From contig NC_043000.1 in NCBI RefSeq assembly GCF_006345805.1, positions 23,870,001-23,934,000 on the forward strand: 64,000 nucleotides of DNA, given 5' to 3'. This document shows, in pieces, positions 35,211 to 49,190 of this stretch. A program made the position numbers and the translations under genes. Position 1 is the stretch's first letter. The number at the start of each line of letters is the position of its first letter. The notes below the pieces were generated by a model that saw nothing but the letters and a program-made list of their open reading frames with translations, made no database searches and had not been told where the DNA came from. Origin of the DNA: Octopus sinensis. Taxonomy: Eukaryota.

Positions 35211-38200
35211 GTTTTATCCTTCATCTCCATGCAAGATGGAAAATGCATGAAAGTGTGTATATGAGTGTGAGAAAGAGAGAGAAAGAGATGATGATATAGA
35301 CATCATAATTTCACATCTACTTTCTATTCTGGTATGGATTGCATGGGTCACCACAGTTGGACTGGTATTCAAGGGTACTGTGCATGCCAACCCTAGATAG
35401 GTTGGAGAATCTCATCTTGCTTGCATTTCATGTTTTGTTTGGTTTCTATGGCTGGTTGTCCTTTCTATCACCAACCACATTACACAGTGCACTGGAGTTT
35501 TTTTCTTGTGCATGTGCTTAAAGTTGTCATTTACACCCCTTCACAGAAGATCATCTGAGCCAAACTAAACAACTTGTGTTTACATTCTTAGTGAACATTT
35601 CATCCTGTAACTCTGTGGTCTTAGTCTCATAGTAGTAGAATAAAATTCCTTACTTATAAAACAGGTAAGAGTTAATGACAGGAAGAGAATTTGGTTGTAA
35701 AATACGACCTGAAATAAGTACTCATATAACCTGTGCCAGCATAGAAAACTGGATGTAAAACAAACATATTACTGTTTCTTATTTTATTGACTTGAAAGGA
35801 TGAAAAAAAAAAGTTGATTTTGGTGGGATCTGAAATCATGTCATAGAGAGATAAATATTGTTAATGCTTATAGTTTGGCCCGCTATTTCTGCATCTTTGC
35901 TGCCCCTCCTTGGAATGAAATATAATGAAAAATAATTGTAAAATCTAATTAATATCTGATAAAATTTCATTGACCGCATGATTTGTTTTGTTTCAGCTTT
36001 TATTGTTATTTTAGGGAGAATTGCAACTCAATATAACTGTAAATAGATGTCTTGTTACCCCCAATATTTTCTGTCTTCCACTCACTTTATAGCATGCATG
36101 ACAAAACTTCATAGTAAGGTTGTTCCACATCACAGCAAATTAATATTAAGCAGGTAGCTGCATCAACTTAAAACATTTCGTATCTATTCAATGATTGTTA
36201 TGACTATTTCTTTTAGGAATGCATTGTTTCTGATGTTAAATATTTTGTTGCTTTATAGATTATTGTTGTTTTAATATGTCTATGTATGTTTCAATGGAAT
36301 CGGTAAATTAAAAATATGAATTACAATTTTGTGGACATTTAAAATATTGTTTTTGCCAGTCACTCAAAATGGTGATTGGTTAGATCTTGAGCTGGCATAA
36401 TTGTTAGAGTATCAGAAAAATGCTTTGTAGCAGTCATTCAGGCTATTAACATTCTAAGATCAAATTTCACTTAAGTCAACTTTACTTTACATTTGTCCAG
36501 GATTGATAAAATAAAATACCAATCAAGCACTAGGTTTGATGGCATCCTCTAACTCCTGGCCCCTCAAAATTACTGGTTTCGTGCCTAAAGCAGAAACTAT
36601 TATTCAGCTTTGATAGGAGGGGCCACACTCAGTTTTTCCAGACCATTCCAGACTGATGATGTCAAATCAACTGATATTCATCTTGAACTTTGTAGAGAAT
36701 ATATGAGCAAGAAAAGAATTCCAAAGGTTAAATTCCTGGAAGAAGTATTCCAATGTGAGTCGCAACTTGTACACATAGAGGTTCCATAGCTGTTCTAAGC
36801 TATCTTTTATTTTTTACTTGTTTCAGTCATTGGACTGTAGCCATGCTGGGGCACCAACTTTAAGTAGTTTACTCAAATGAATCGACTTCAGTACTTTTTT
36901 AAAGCCTGGTACTTATTCTATCAGTCTCTTCTGCTGAACCACTGAGTTACGGGAATGTAAACACACCAACTCCAGTTACCAAGTGGTAGTGGGACACACA
37001 CACACACACACAGTGGGCTTCTTTCAGTTCCTGTCTGCCAAATCCACTCACAAGGCTTTGGCTGCCTGAGGATATAGTTGTTGTTGAGAAACAAAACGGG
37101 TAAGGGTTATTAGGTGATGGTCTAGGGCTTAGGGGTGGGAGACCCCAGACCTTGGAAAAAAAAAACTTTGGTTGTCTTGTTGTAATCGAGGGCTCTTTGT
37201 TGACGCCTGACACTACTGGGAGGTGGCCCTCGAAGTTGCTGGAAATGGAAATCTCCAGGTCCAAATTCTTGAACGGCTGAAGATATAGTCAAAGACACTT
37301 ACCTAATGAACCCAAAGCCATATGGTTGGGAAGCAAACTTCTTACCATACAGCCACACCTGCACCTATAATACTTTCTGGTTCCAAAGAGCCTATTTTGG
37401 ATTGCCATGGAAAGTTCATTGGTGTAACAACCTTGAAAGTTTCAGCTGTCATCATCATCGTCATCATCGTCGTTTAATATCCGCTTTCCATACTGGCATG
37501 AGTTGGATGGTTTGACTGAGGGCTGGCAAGCCAGAAGGCTGTACTAGGTTCCAATCCAATCTGGCAGTGTTTCTACAGCTGGATGCTCTTCCTAACACCA
37601 ACCACTCTGAGAGTATAGTGGGTGCTTTTAAAGTGCCACCAGCACTAGGGCCAGTCAGGTGGTACTGGCATTGGCCATGCTTGAATGGTGTTTTTTATGT
37701 GCCACCGGTAGGGGTGCCAATTAGGCAGTACTGTCTAAAGCAGTATATTATTTATTTGTATGGATAGTGTAATGCTGCAGGTAGGTCCCCTTTATATGTG
37801 TAGTGACTGTTTTGTGCTGTTGAAAGTGTCTTAAGCTGTTGTGCTCCTATTGTAAGATGTTTTCAAGTTGTATGTTTGGTATGAGGTGTCTGAGCTGTGT
37901 TTGCATGGAGTGCATTTTGAAAGCTCACTGTAATCAAATGATTAAGAAATAAACAAAGCTCTAATATCTCCCTAGAGTCAATAGATTATCATGAATACCA
38001 TCATCATTTAATGTCCTTGCTGGCATGGGTTGAACAATCCGGTAGGACCTGATGAATTGGAGAATTGCATTGTGCTCCAGTTTACTTTGATTTAGTTTCT
38101 ACAGCTGGATGCTATTCTTAACACCACTTTACAGGGCATACTGATTGCTTTTTTTTTTTTTTCATGACACCAGCCCCAGTGAGGTCACCTTACAATCTAC

Positions 38201-38819
38201 AAGACTTAGTGCCTAAAATGGCCCCTATAATTGAAAGAGATTAGCAGGAGGCTGTGTGATGGTGGAGAGTAAAGTAAGAGAAGAGGAGCATATTTGTAGT
38301 TGTAAGAGAATGGTAGTGGAGCAAGCAATAGAATAGACTCTTTTGGGAAGAGGGAACATGGCAGGAGATAGAAAGGAAGGGGCATAAATTCCAGAAGTGT
38401 TTACCACCACCTCTGTAACAAGCAACCCAGATTTGCACCCTGAAGATGCATAGCATTGTATTATTTTTATTTTGACCTACTTCTAAACTGATGCATATAC
38501 TCTCGCAGTTATTTAAGCAAGAAATATACCAATATGTTGTGTATTTGAATCAAATGAAATTTTTAAGCGCATGCAGATAAAGTTATGATTAAAAGGAAAA
38601 ACTAACCAAATTTCTAACATTAGAAGTTTTATGTAAGTTATTAGTTTTGAATTTCTGTTAATGGTATTTGGATTTGTGTTTATTCTTATCACTTACTCAG
38701 TAGTTCAATCAGTAATGAGCAAATGAAATTCAAAGGAATGGTTCATTAAAATTTTTTATTTTTGTATTTGGTTTGCAAGATTCTTGATGTGAACTCTTCT
38801 GCAGAAATAGAATCTGTTC

Positions 38820-39255
38820 CTTCTGAGGAGGGTCATAATGTCAATAATAAACACATGCACTGGTTCTGTTTCACTTCTTTTATTATTATTATTATTCAAC
38901 TAATTAACCATTTAACCTATTAACTAATTGATTGTTTGATTAATCAGTTGTTTAATTATTCAGCCAACCAATCAGTTAGCTAGGTTTGTTAGTCTTTTTG
39001 TTACCAATCTCAGCCTCATCAATGACATGCCCCTACTATTCCAGGTTTGCTTGTCTATTCTGAGATGAGGTCAGGAATTGTGATGAAAGGACTCTGACAA
39101 ACCCACCTGATTGAGTGCTTGACTGAATGATTAATCAAACAATTAATTAATCAATCTGGTGATTGAATGTTAACAAATTGAATGATAGTAACAAAAGAAA
39201 TGAAGTAGAACCAGTTTGTATTCATTATTGACATATTGACCCTCCTGAGATACAA
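38820..39255. mobile_element. Old foldback element
   Basis: gaggagggtcataatgtcaataataaacac..ctggttctg (~38825-38870) is inverted at ~39200-39250; inner arms ttgtttgattaatca / tgattaatcaaacaa. Confidence 0.6.
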
Positions 39256-39348
39256 CAAAATAATGAAAATTGTTTCGGCCACTGAAGTGTTAAACTCAAG
39301 TCAGAATTGGCAGTAAACAGTAAATTATGTGTGGAATTTACTATTCTT

Positions 39349-39582
39349 ATTTCTTTACTACCCACAAGTGGCTAAACATAGAGGGGACAAACAAGGACAG
39401 ACAAACGGATTAAGTCAATTACATTGACCCCAGTGCGTAACTGGTACTTATTTAATTGACCCTGAAAGGATGAAAGGCACAGTCGACCTCGGCAGAATTT
39501 GAACTTAGAACGTAGCGGCAGACGAAATACTGCTAAGCATTTCGCCCAGCATGCTAACAATTCTGCCAGTTTGCCACCTTAA
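39349..39582 (-). mobile_element. tRNA-derived SINE family A, full length
   Basis: 14-bp TSD aatttactattctt at 39335-39348 and 39583-39596. Confidence 0.9.
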
Positions 39583-40284
39583 AATTTACTATTCTTCTTA
39601 GCAGTTGCACAAGAATTCAAGATTAGACATTCATGGGAACATTGTGTGCTAATAACTAAGTTCACATTGAAGAATCTATAGAAGAAAGTCTAAAGCTAAT
39701 CATTTAAAATCCATTTCTCCATGCCTATACAGGTCAGATAGAATTTGCTGAGGCAGATTTTCTATTGCTGGATGCCTTTCCTGTTGCTAACCCTTGTGTT
39801 TCCTTGCAATGTAATGTTTCTTCATAGCTAGACATATTTTGCATGCAAAACTAGAAATAGACAGCCTCACTTGTGATGCTCACTTACAACCATCACATGA
39901 TGTCAAGACAAAGGGATACACACACGATGCATTCATTCAGTTTCTATCTCCCAGATCCACTCAGAGCTTTGGTCAGCCCAGGGCTATAGTAGAAGACTTT
40001 TGCCCAAGACCACACAGTTAGGAAGCAAGCCTAACCAGACAGCCATGTCTGTGCTTATATATACAAGTGTGTGTATCATCATTTAACATTCATTTTTTCA
40101 TGCTGGCCTAAGTTGGATGGTTTGACAGGAGTTGACAAGCCAGAGAGCTGCCCAAGTTCCAATTGTATGCTTTGGCATGGTTTCTACAGTTGGATGCTCT
40201 TCTTAATGCCAACCATTTTACAGCATGTACTGGGTGCCTTTTTATGTAGAACCAGCATGATTGCTTCATACATGGCACTGGCAT

Positions 40285-40680
40285 AAGTGCCTTTGATGTG
40301 AAACTGGCACAGGTGTGCCTTTGACATGGCACTGGCATGGGTGCTCTTGACATGGCACCAGCATGGGTGCTCTTGATGTGATGCTGGCACAGGGGCTCTT
40401 GACATGGCACCAGCACAGGTGCTCTTGACGTGGTGCCAGTGCAGGTGCTCTTGACGTGGCACTGGCACGGGTGCTCTTGACGTGGTGCCAGTGCGGGTGC
40501 TCTTGACATGGTGCCAGTGCGGGTGCTCTTGACGTGGTACCAGTGCGAGTGCTCTTAACGTGGTACCAGTGCAAGTGCTCTTGACGTGGTGCCAGTGCGG
40601 GTGGTCTTGACGTGGTGCCAGTGCGGGTACTCTTGTGGTGGTACTGGCACGGGTGCTCTTGATGCGGTGCCAGCATGGAT
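40285..40680. repeat. 26-bp minisatellite (~15 units) inside an RTE 3' tail
   Basis: gtgctcttgac recurs every 26 bp from 40341 to ~40653; source of the spurious ORFs at 40108-40720. Confidence 0.92.
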
Positions 40681-43600
40681 ACCCTGTTGTACATAGCGTT
40701 GGCATGGTTGTTCTGTACACGGTACTAACCCAGGTGCTTTTTACATGTATAGCTTATCTCAAAAAGATAAACGTTTGTGAGACAAGAGCATTAGTTAGTA
40801 ACAAAGGTAGAAAAAGAGCAAACTACAATAGCATCAAAGAAGTAATAGTCTTGCTTAGCTTGTAAAGAACATTGGATAGGAAATAGACAGTCTATTGACT
40901 GGAAACTATAAATACAAATAGAAAGAGCCAGGAGATCTGTGGCAGATTAACTAGTGAAGTTAAGCTAACCGTATAAGCAATCATGAACAGAATACAGTCG
41001 ACAGATTGAATGTCCACTAAAAGAACATAATTAGTGCTAATAGTAGCACCTAGTCTACAAATAAAGAGACTGAGAGTTCATGGGAATTACTGAGAGGTTT
41101 TTTGTGACAAAATGTGATGTATCGCTGCATACAAAGAAAGGCTATGTTAGAAGTTTGATGCCATATGACCTCAATGTAAAGGCATATTGTGATAGAAATA
41201 GACCAGAGATCTAGAAAGGTGGCTGGTGCTTTTATGTAATTTAAATATGTCTCCTCTGTTTTGTATAGTTGATTTTACATTAGTCTCTTATTGATAAGAA
41301 TCATTCTAACACTTATTTAATAAATTGGCATATTTTTTATTTCACATTGAATCAATATTCTGATGGGTTTTTGTAACAAAAATTTGTTTTAAATATAATA
41401 GACTTACATTGCTACATGATTGAGAAACTTGCTTTGCAACCATGTGGCTTTGAGTTCAGTCCCATTGCATGGCACCTTGGGTAAGTGTCTTCTGCTATAG
41501 CTGTAGGCCAACAAAAGCCTTGTGAGTGAATTTGGTAGATAGAAACTGTGTGGAAGCCCATTGTGTATGTGTTTCTTTGTGTCTAAGTTTGTCACCACCA
41601 CCCCACCATTTGACAACCATTGTTTGTTTACATGCTGTAACTTAGCTGTTGGGGGCAAAAGGGACCAATAGAACAAGTACCAGACTTAAACAGTAAATAC
41701 TGGAGCCAGTTTATTTGACTAAAACCCTTCATGGTTGTACCCCAGCATGGCCACAGTCCAATGGTTGAAACAAAAGGTAAGAGATAAAAGCTAGTTCTAT
41801 ATAGAGACTCCAAGAGTAGCTTTTATAAGTTTTTTTCTTTTAGTCGTAATGATCTTCACTGAATCTATTGATTTAGTTAGTAGCTTGAATTATTGATATA
41901 ATTGACTATACTTGCTTCTCTTACAAACCAGCTATGGTACAAGTTTAAAAAAATATTATTCTTGTTGCTGTTAGAATTCATTTCATTTGTATATTGTCTT
42001 GATCAATATACATTATATTTCTATTGATTTATTAAATTCAATAATTAATACATGTTTGTTGTGAAGATTCACAGTGTTTTGTTTTCAGACTATCATTTTA
42101 CCCAATTACCATACACTTGTGAAGAAAATGAATGTAAATATGTTAACTCTTGTGTTCAGTATAGCTACACCCACTTAGTTTCTGTTCTTTTAAATAAATA
42201 TTCTGTTTCTAGTACATAACATGCTGGTTTAAATATTGATCTAACATCTCTTTTGAAATCAATTTATCTGATCTAACTGCTGTTATTGATCAGGTTTTAT
42301 TAACTATTGCTACAAACAAGGAGAGAAAACAAATTTGTGTTTTACACCCAGCTTATTTAATTCTAGTTTGAACAGACGATGAATCCCATAACAAGTCAGA
42401 AGTAGAAAATAAAAAATATAGATTTTTCCAAAATATTGTTCCTAGAATGGCTGTGTGGTTAAGAAGCTTGCTTAGCAACTGTGTGGTTATGGGTTCAATC
42501 CCACTGAGCAAGTGTCTTCTACTATAGCCCCAGGCCAACCAAATCCTTAAGAGTGAATTTAATATCTAAAGATTGTCTGGAAGTTCATTGTATATATGCA
42601 TATGTGTGTGTGAGCATGTATGTGTTTGTGTTTGTCCCTACCTTCACACTGCTTGACAACTGGTGTCGGTTAGTTTACATCCTTGGTAAATTAGTAGTTC
42701 AGTAAAAGAAATCTATAGAATAAGTCCCAGACTTGAAAACTATGCACTGGAGTCAATTTGCTTGACCAAACCTTTCAAGGCAGTCTCCCAGCATGGCTGC
42801 AGTCCAATGACTGAAACAAGTAAAAGATAAAAAAAAAAAGACTTTCCCATATTGACATATTAATGATCTCTCTCTCCCTCTCCCTCTATATATATATACA
42901 CACACATACACACACAGATAGACAGTTTTAATATTTTTCTCTTTATTGTTGCCTTGAATGTTGCTAAGGTATCTACGAGCCATGACACATTTGAAAACTA
43001 AATGTACAGAGACTGTGAAAGAAATATAAATATCCATAAATCATCTCTCTTTATTGATAGACACATGTTCCAGTCTCTCTCCCAGACTTTACACTCTTAA
43101 CACTTGGCTCCAAAGCCACCACCACCCCCTTAATACCGCTCCTCACTCGTTTGAGGGATCTTGTCTTGCTAATTACTCGGTAACCTCACTAGTGCCTGTT
43201 CCAGGAAGGCATCTAACAATAGTAACCATGGCACTGGGTCTTGAGGCAAGCCTTGGATCATTGGATCCTGTTGGACCATCCAGTTCACGCCAGTATGGAA
43301 GACGAATGTTAGATGGGGGTGGTGGGGGGTGGTCAGTTGTCAATTGAAAATCAGAGGTAACACATACCATGTGAAAGAAATGTGATTTGGTATTTAACTG
43401 ATTTCAGCTATACTGGGGTGGGTGTCTTCAACCCCAGTATTTATTTCAGTTCTTTGGTTATCTCTGTTTGTTGTACTGCTAAGTTATGAGGCATAAACAG
43501 GGACACACGCACACACTAGTGACCTTCGCACAGTTTTCACAAACTGGTTGTGAAATAAATTTTTTGGACAGGAATTAGCTATTAACTTTTTACTGAATCC

Positions 43601-43704
43601 TAAAGGACACCATGACATTTCCCAATAGGAAAGTCATGATATCAATCAGTCCGTGTCCTCCTGCACTCACATTTCAGTTTCCCCTTGACATTTTGAAGTT
43701 AAAA

Positions 43705-44830
43705 TAATAGGTTGGTGCTAAAATATTGGCAATATTTAATCATCGACTGTAAAATAACATATCTCATGAGAATATATTTTATTAATCAAATTAATATTCA
43801 TTAGAATCTATACATATTTTACCCCCAAGAATATCTGTCTTTTGTCTTTCTATCTGTCTAATTCTACCTCTCTCTCTTTGAATGTCGTTGTGAATCATAT
43901 TTCTCTCTACCAATTTGTATCTATATATCTCTTACTTCTTTTCTCCTTCCCTCCCCCACTCTCTTTTGCTATAGCCATTTGAGCATTGGTTAAAATTTCA
44001 GAATTCTATGCTACTATTCCAGTAGCATAGAACAGATGAATTCTTCAAAGGTGATTTGAACTACTGCTTGGTTGTTAAAAGAGCTTCTGTTGAAGGAAGT
44101 TACTGAGCTCCTTAGAGATCGGTCTGGGAAGTAAGGTCAGCTGCTCTTGTAGTCTATTTTCAGTTTCCACAGGCATATGCAAAACATATGGTCATGCGTT
44201 GTGAAGGATTGATCCTTTCTGATTGTCTAACGCTTGGCATAGATGTTATAGTTCTTGGTGCATTTTGTCAATTCCCTGGCAATATTTCTGAATATTTGCC
44301 AAGATTCAAGGAAGTAGAACAGGATGTCAACCATCAAACTGAACATTCTTTTGATGCAGCTTTTGTTTGGGAAAGTGTTTTGGTTCTCCATTTTGGTCTA
44401 CCCATTACATGCTGTATGTTGTCATATAGAATATATATTTTCATCATATGTCACAATGCAGTTAAAAAATGGGTTGTTTTTGTTACACAAAAGAAGTCCA
44501 TAGATTTTATTTTACCCTATTTTTGTTCAGCTCTTGAACTACCCATTTGTTGAACTTTTTTAACTTCCCAATGTGGTCAACCTATAATTCTTCTGCAACT
44601 TCTTGAATTGTTTAGCATGAGTCCACTTCAGTAATGACCCCCATTTGGTTATTGTCAATCACATAAAGTCATCTTGTGACTCCCCTTGTCTTTAAGGCTC
44701 TCATCTCTATTACAAAATTGTTGGAACCACCATTGAGCTGTATGTCCATTGAACTTCTGGTCAAATGCTTGGTGAATACTGAGCAGTTTCCACTATTTTG
44801 TTTCACTTTGAAAACTGTAGTTGAAATTTA
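43705..44830 (-). mobile_element. Second degenerate mariner relic
   Basis: TIR-like taataggttggtgctaaaat at ~43705; minus-strand PFFNCIVTYDEKYILYDN resembles mariner RIVTCDEKWILYDN. Confidence 0.7.
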
Positions 44831-45419
44831 GAGTTTGTTTAGTATACCTTGTTTTATATCATCATCGTTTAATGTCCGTTTTCCATGTTAGCATGAGTTG
44901 GATGGTTTGGCTGGAGACTAGCAAGCCAGAAGGCTGCACTAGGCTCCAATCTGATCTGGTAATGTTTCTACAGCTGGATGCCCTTCCTAACATCAACCAC
45001 TCTGAGAGTGTAGTGGGTGATTTTTACATTCCACTGGCCCAGGAGCCAGTCAGGCGGCACTGGCATTGGCCACATTCAGATGGTGCTTTTTACATGCTAC
45101 CAGCACAGGAGCCAATTGGGGTGGGTGAGGCTGGCATCGACCACATTTGGATGGTGCTTTTTACTTGTCACTGGCACAGGGAGCCAGTCAGGCAGCACTG
45201 GCAACAACCCACACATGGATGGTGTTTATTGCATGCGACCAGTACGAGAGCCAGTCAGGTAGCACTGGCATCAGCCATGACTACAATTTTCATTTGATTG
45301 TGATTTGACTTTTGATTTTGCTTGACTCAATAGGTCTCCTGAAGCATGGCATGTTGCCCGACGATTCAAAGGCACTTTTTAAATGGATTGGTTATGCGAC
45401 ATTAGTATAAGCTATGGCT

Positions 45420-46070
45420 GTGATCTCACTTTACTTTCTGGATCCATTTCTCCACCCACTATTCCTGGAAAGGTTGTAGATGTAGTTACTTTCGGTAGAA
45501 CCCTTGCCTGTGGACTCTGTCATTACACTTTCCAGATGGATTCCAAATCATCTTGTTCTTGATGTACCCCTAGGTCCCCTCCCAATTGGCTCAAGTTGAA
45601 GAATCCATCTTCTGATTCATTCCTATATAACAGAGCTGTGATCTCTCAATGCAGAGAAGTTGTGGTTTGACCTGGAGAGACTCCTTGCTCTTCCATCTAT
45701 GCACTTTGTTAAATAATATTACTCCACACATCTTTCAAAGGAGCTCTATTTTGGCTGCTTGTATTCATATATATGATTGGTTTCTGCTCAGTTTCTGCTT
45801 TTGCAAAGCATTGGATAACCTGTAGCTTCCAAGAAAAGACAGTAGCTAAGATGCCATGCAGTGAGATCAAATCTAGCATGTCATGATGGTGAAGTGAACT
45901 TCTTAAGCTCAAGGCTATGCTTGCACCTAAAGCAGGTTTTGGTTTCTTACAGTCTTTAATTAACAGATCCGTGTGTAGCTAACCCTGTGTCCCCTTCCAC
46001 TCCCAGATGGATGAGGTTGGTGCAGTTGATGTTCAGTTTGAATTTGTGTGGGCGAAACCTGAGCAAGAGA
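45420..46070 (-). mobile_element. Possible DIRS-like RT/RNase H remnant
   Basis: Weak peptide resemblance only (LRFRPHKFKLNINCTNLIHLGVEGDT; DLISLHGILA); GC-richer than flanks. Confidence 0.3.
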
Positions 46071-46289
46071 GAAATTCCAGTGGTCAGCAGCTATATCTTT
46101 CATTTGGTTCAATCAGTGGACTGTGGTCAAGCTATGACACTACTTTGAAGGGTTTAGTCAAATTCTGACCTCCCAAAATTTATTTTTAAAGTCCAGTACT
46201 TATTCTACCAATCTCTTTTATTGAACTGCTAAGTTACTGGGACATAAATCAACATTGGTTGTCAAAACAAACACACACACACACACACA

Positions 46290-46511
46290 CTTTCTTATTT
46301 CTTTACTGCTCACAAGGGGCTAAACAAGGACAGACAAAGAGATTAAGTCGATTACATCGACCCCAGTGTGTAACTGGTATTTGATTTATCAACCCCGAAA
46401 GGATGAAAGGCAAAGTCGACCTCAGGAATTTGAACTCAGAACGTAATGGCAGACGAAATGCTGCTATGCATTTTGCCCAGTGTGCTAACATTTCTGCCAG
46501 CTCGCTGCCTT
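46290..46511 (-). mobile_element. SINE family A inserted into an (AC)n tract of an older family B copy
   Basis: Family A sequence flanked on both sides by acacacac. Confidence 0.75.
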
Positions 46512-47981
46512 AACACACACACAATTTCTGTCTACCAAATTCACTCACAAGGCATTGGTTGGCCTAGAGTCAGTTATAGTAGAAGGTTCTTGTCCAAGAT
46601 GGTACAGAGTGGGGCTGAACCCAAAAAGTCATATGGTTGCAAAGTGATCTTTCTAGCCACACAGCCATACCTGCACTAATGGTGAAGAGTTATTAGAAGT
46701 ATTTGCTGCAGAATCTCATTTGAGAGACACAGTAAAGATAATGAGAGGGAGAGAGATGGATGTGAAAAGTGGGTTTAGATGACCATCTGACCAGGGTGAG
46801 AACAAAAATCGGGAAGACTTTTAAAGAGTCTTCTAGAATTAGTAAAATAAAAAGGATTTCAAAAGCAAAAACTTTAATCATAAAATATTAGTTTCAAACT
46901 TTGATCACAAGGCCAGCAATTTCAAGGGAGGGGCAAGTCGATTACATTGACCCCAGTGCACAACCAGTACTTGTCTTTGGACAACCCTGAAAGGATGAAA
47001 GGCAACCTCAACAGAGTTTGAACTCAGAATATAGACGGATGAAATACCACTGAACATTTTGCATGGCATGGTAATGATTCTGCCAGCTCACTGCCTCACT
47101 TTATTCACAAAATATTAAAATGTTTTTTGGGGTCTTTTTTCTGCAAGCACACATTGTTAATGCAGTAAATTGTCTTGTAGTGGACAAATATTTTCAGCTG
47201 CTGTGTTAAGATTAAAAAAAAAAAAAAAAATCTATATTGTCAATCATCATTATTGTTACTGTCATCGTTATTTTTATGTCCACTTTTGATGGTGGCATGG
47301 GTTGGACAGTTAGATACAATCCAATAAGTTGGAGAACTATGTTTGCTCCAGTGTTTCAATTTTGCTATAGTTTCTCTGGTTAGATACCAGTCCTAATGCT
47401 AGTCACTTTACAGTGTACTAAGTCATTAAAAAAAAAATTTGTTTTGTGAGCACCGAAGATGGTGTCACAGAAAAGGCACTGGTGATGGTACATGCAAAAA
47501 GCACTGGTGCTAATGCCATGTAAAAATCACTTAGTACACTCTGTAAAGTGGTTGACATTAGGAAGGGCATCCAACTGTAGAAACCAAACCAAAACATACA
47601 ATGGAACCTGGTATGGCTCCTGGCCTTGTCATCTCCTGTCAAACTGTGAAACTCATGCCAGCATGGAAAACAGATTTTAAATGATGATGATGTACCATCA
47701 CTAGTGAGGTTTCTTTGTAACGCACAAGACTAAAGATTTCCTTCACCTCAGAGGGCGAATGGAAGATAAAGTGGTTGCTTTTGGGGAGATGTTGAGAAGT
47801 TATTGTTTGATGGGAGGAGTAGGGACAGATTTGTTGTTGGGGGTTTTCACGGCTACTTGAAATTTCTTCCAGCCATTGTGTTTTGTAAGCTTTTGTAAAT
47901 ATCAGGACAAACTTCTCCAATCATTGTATTCATGAACTTACATTTTAACAAAATTTAATAATGTCTTTTCATTTATTTCAG

Positions 47982-48098
47982 ACTGGATTAAATGTTGCAA
48001 GAATTGTTGAAATTCCACCTGTGGCCATTATGCCAAACTTCTTAGTACAGCGCTATGTTCTTCAGCCATTCAGGTATCAGACAGGTGGCACTATTCTG
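47982..48098 (+). CDS. HDAC11: HDAC11 exon 4
   Basis: atttcag/gtaagc, 117 nt; TGLNVARIVEIPPVAIMPNFLVQRYVLQPFRYQTGGTIL. Confidence 0.96.
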
Positions 48099-48391
48099 GT
48101 AAGCTGTTAATCTTGTTTTGTGGTCTTTCCATGTTGAAATCAGCTGGTCTGAAAGTAATTTTTTAATTAAATTAAACTAGTCTCTCAAACAATACTGCAC
48201 TTTCTGAAAAAGGCTTGTTTCATTTCTTGGTTCAATCTGTCACAAACAATGTTAGTGTATGTGTAGTAAAATGTTAATGTTATTAAAATTTTGGTTGTAA
48301 TGTTACCTGGCATAAAGTCACCTTCCTCATGTAACCAAGGGAGCTTTCTTCCTGTTCTTTTTTTTATCTTTGTAAGTTACCTGGTGACCTA

Positions 48392-48593
48392 TTTCTTTAC
48401 TACCCACAAGGGGCTAAACACAGAGAGGACAGACAAATGGATTAAGTTGATTATATCTGCATAACTGGTACTTATTTAATCGACCCCGAAAGGATGAAGG
48501 GCAAAGTCGACCTCGGCGGAATTTGAACTCAGAATGTAGCAGCAGACGAAATGCCGCTAAGCATTTCGCCCGGCGTGCTAACGTTTCTGCCAA
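48392..48593 (-). mobile_element. tRNA-derived SINE family A
   Basis: CpG-rich copy of family A. Confidence 0.8.
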
Positions 48594-48891
48594 TGGCACA
48601 AAAGGAGCACCTAGTACATGCTGTGGAGTGTTTGGCAGTAGAAAGGGCATCTAGCCATAGAAATTGTGCCAAAGTTGACATTGGGGCTTTTCACAGCCCT
48701 GTGGCTTGCCAGATCCTGCCAAACTGTCCAACCTATGCCAGTATAGAAAGCAGATTCTGAGTGATGATTATGCTAAAATATTTCAAATTCTAACACGACT
48801 TATAATAGTTTCTGCTTGCATCCTCTGCACATTTTCCCAATGTCTTCACATACAAACACATTGTTAAAACCACAGGAGATCAATATGTTAA

Positions 48892-49190
48892 CCCTTTAGC
48901 ATTTAGGTTATTCTATCAATTTGTACTGGTTATTTTTTCACTTTGTGTTTGAAATAATCATGCTATATCTCACATCTTTGAGATTTCAATGATCTGATTG
49001 TATATTTTTAGCAACAGGACCTCCGTAATGCTATGATGGACCGTGAAGTCTGGCGTAACATAGTAAATTCCATTGTCTCGACCACTGTCGAACAATGAAG
49101 ATGATGGTATGAGAGGTTAGATCTGACTGGTCTGAACATAAAACAGGTGGAATATTTAGGTCAGACATGATCAGTTTAAATGCTAAAGGG
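48892..49190. mobile_element. piggyBac-like MITE with a nested LINE 3' end (~49012-49105)
   Basis: TTAA|CCCTTTAGCATTTA ... TAAATGCTAAAGGG|TTAC. Confidence 0.7.

Noticed and set aside
38435-38550. CTGAAGA...GAAA possible hammerhead
   Set aside because: Stems I and III could not be paired convincingly; at best a heavily decayed relic.
40108-40720. Long His/Thr/Arg-rich repeat ORFs and an apparent invertible 10-bp cassette (GTGCCAGTGC versus GCACTGGCAC)
   Set aside because: The ORFs come from a stop-free 26-bp minisatellite; mixed variants show independent TG/CA transitions (CpG decay), not inversion.
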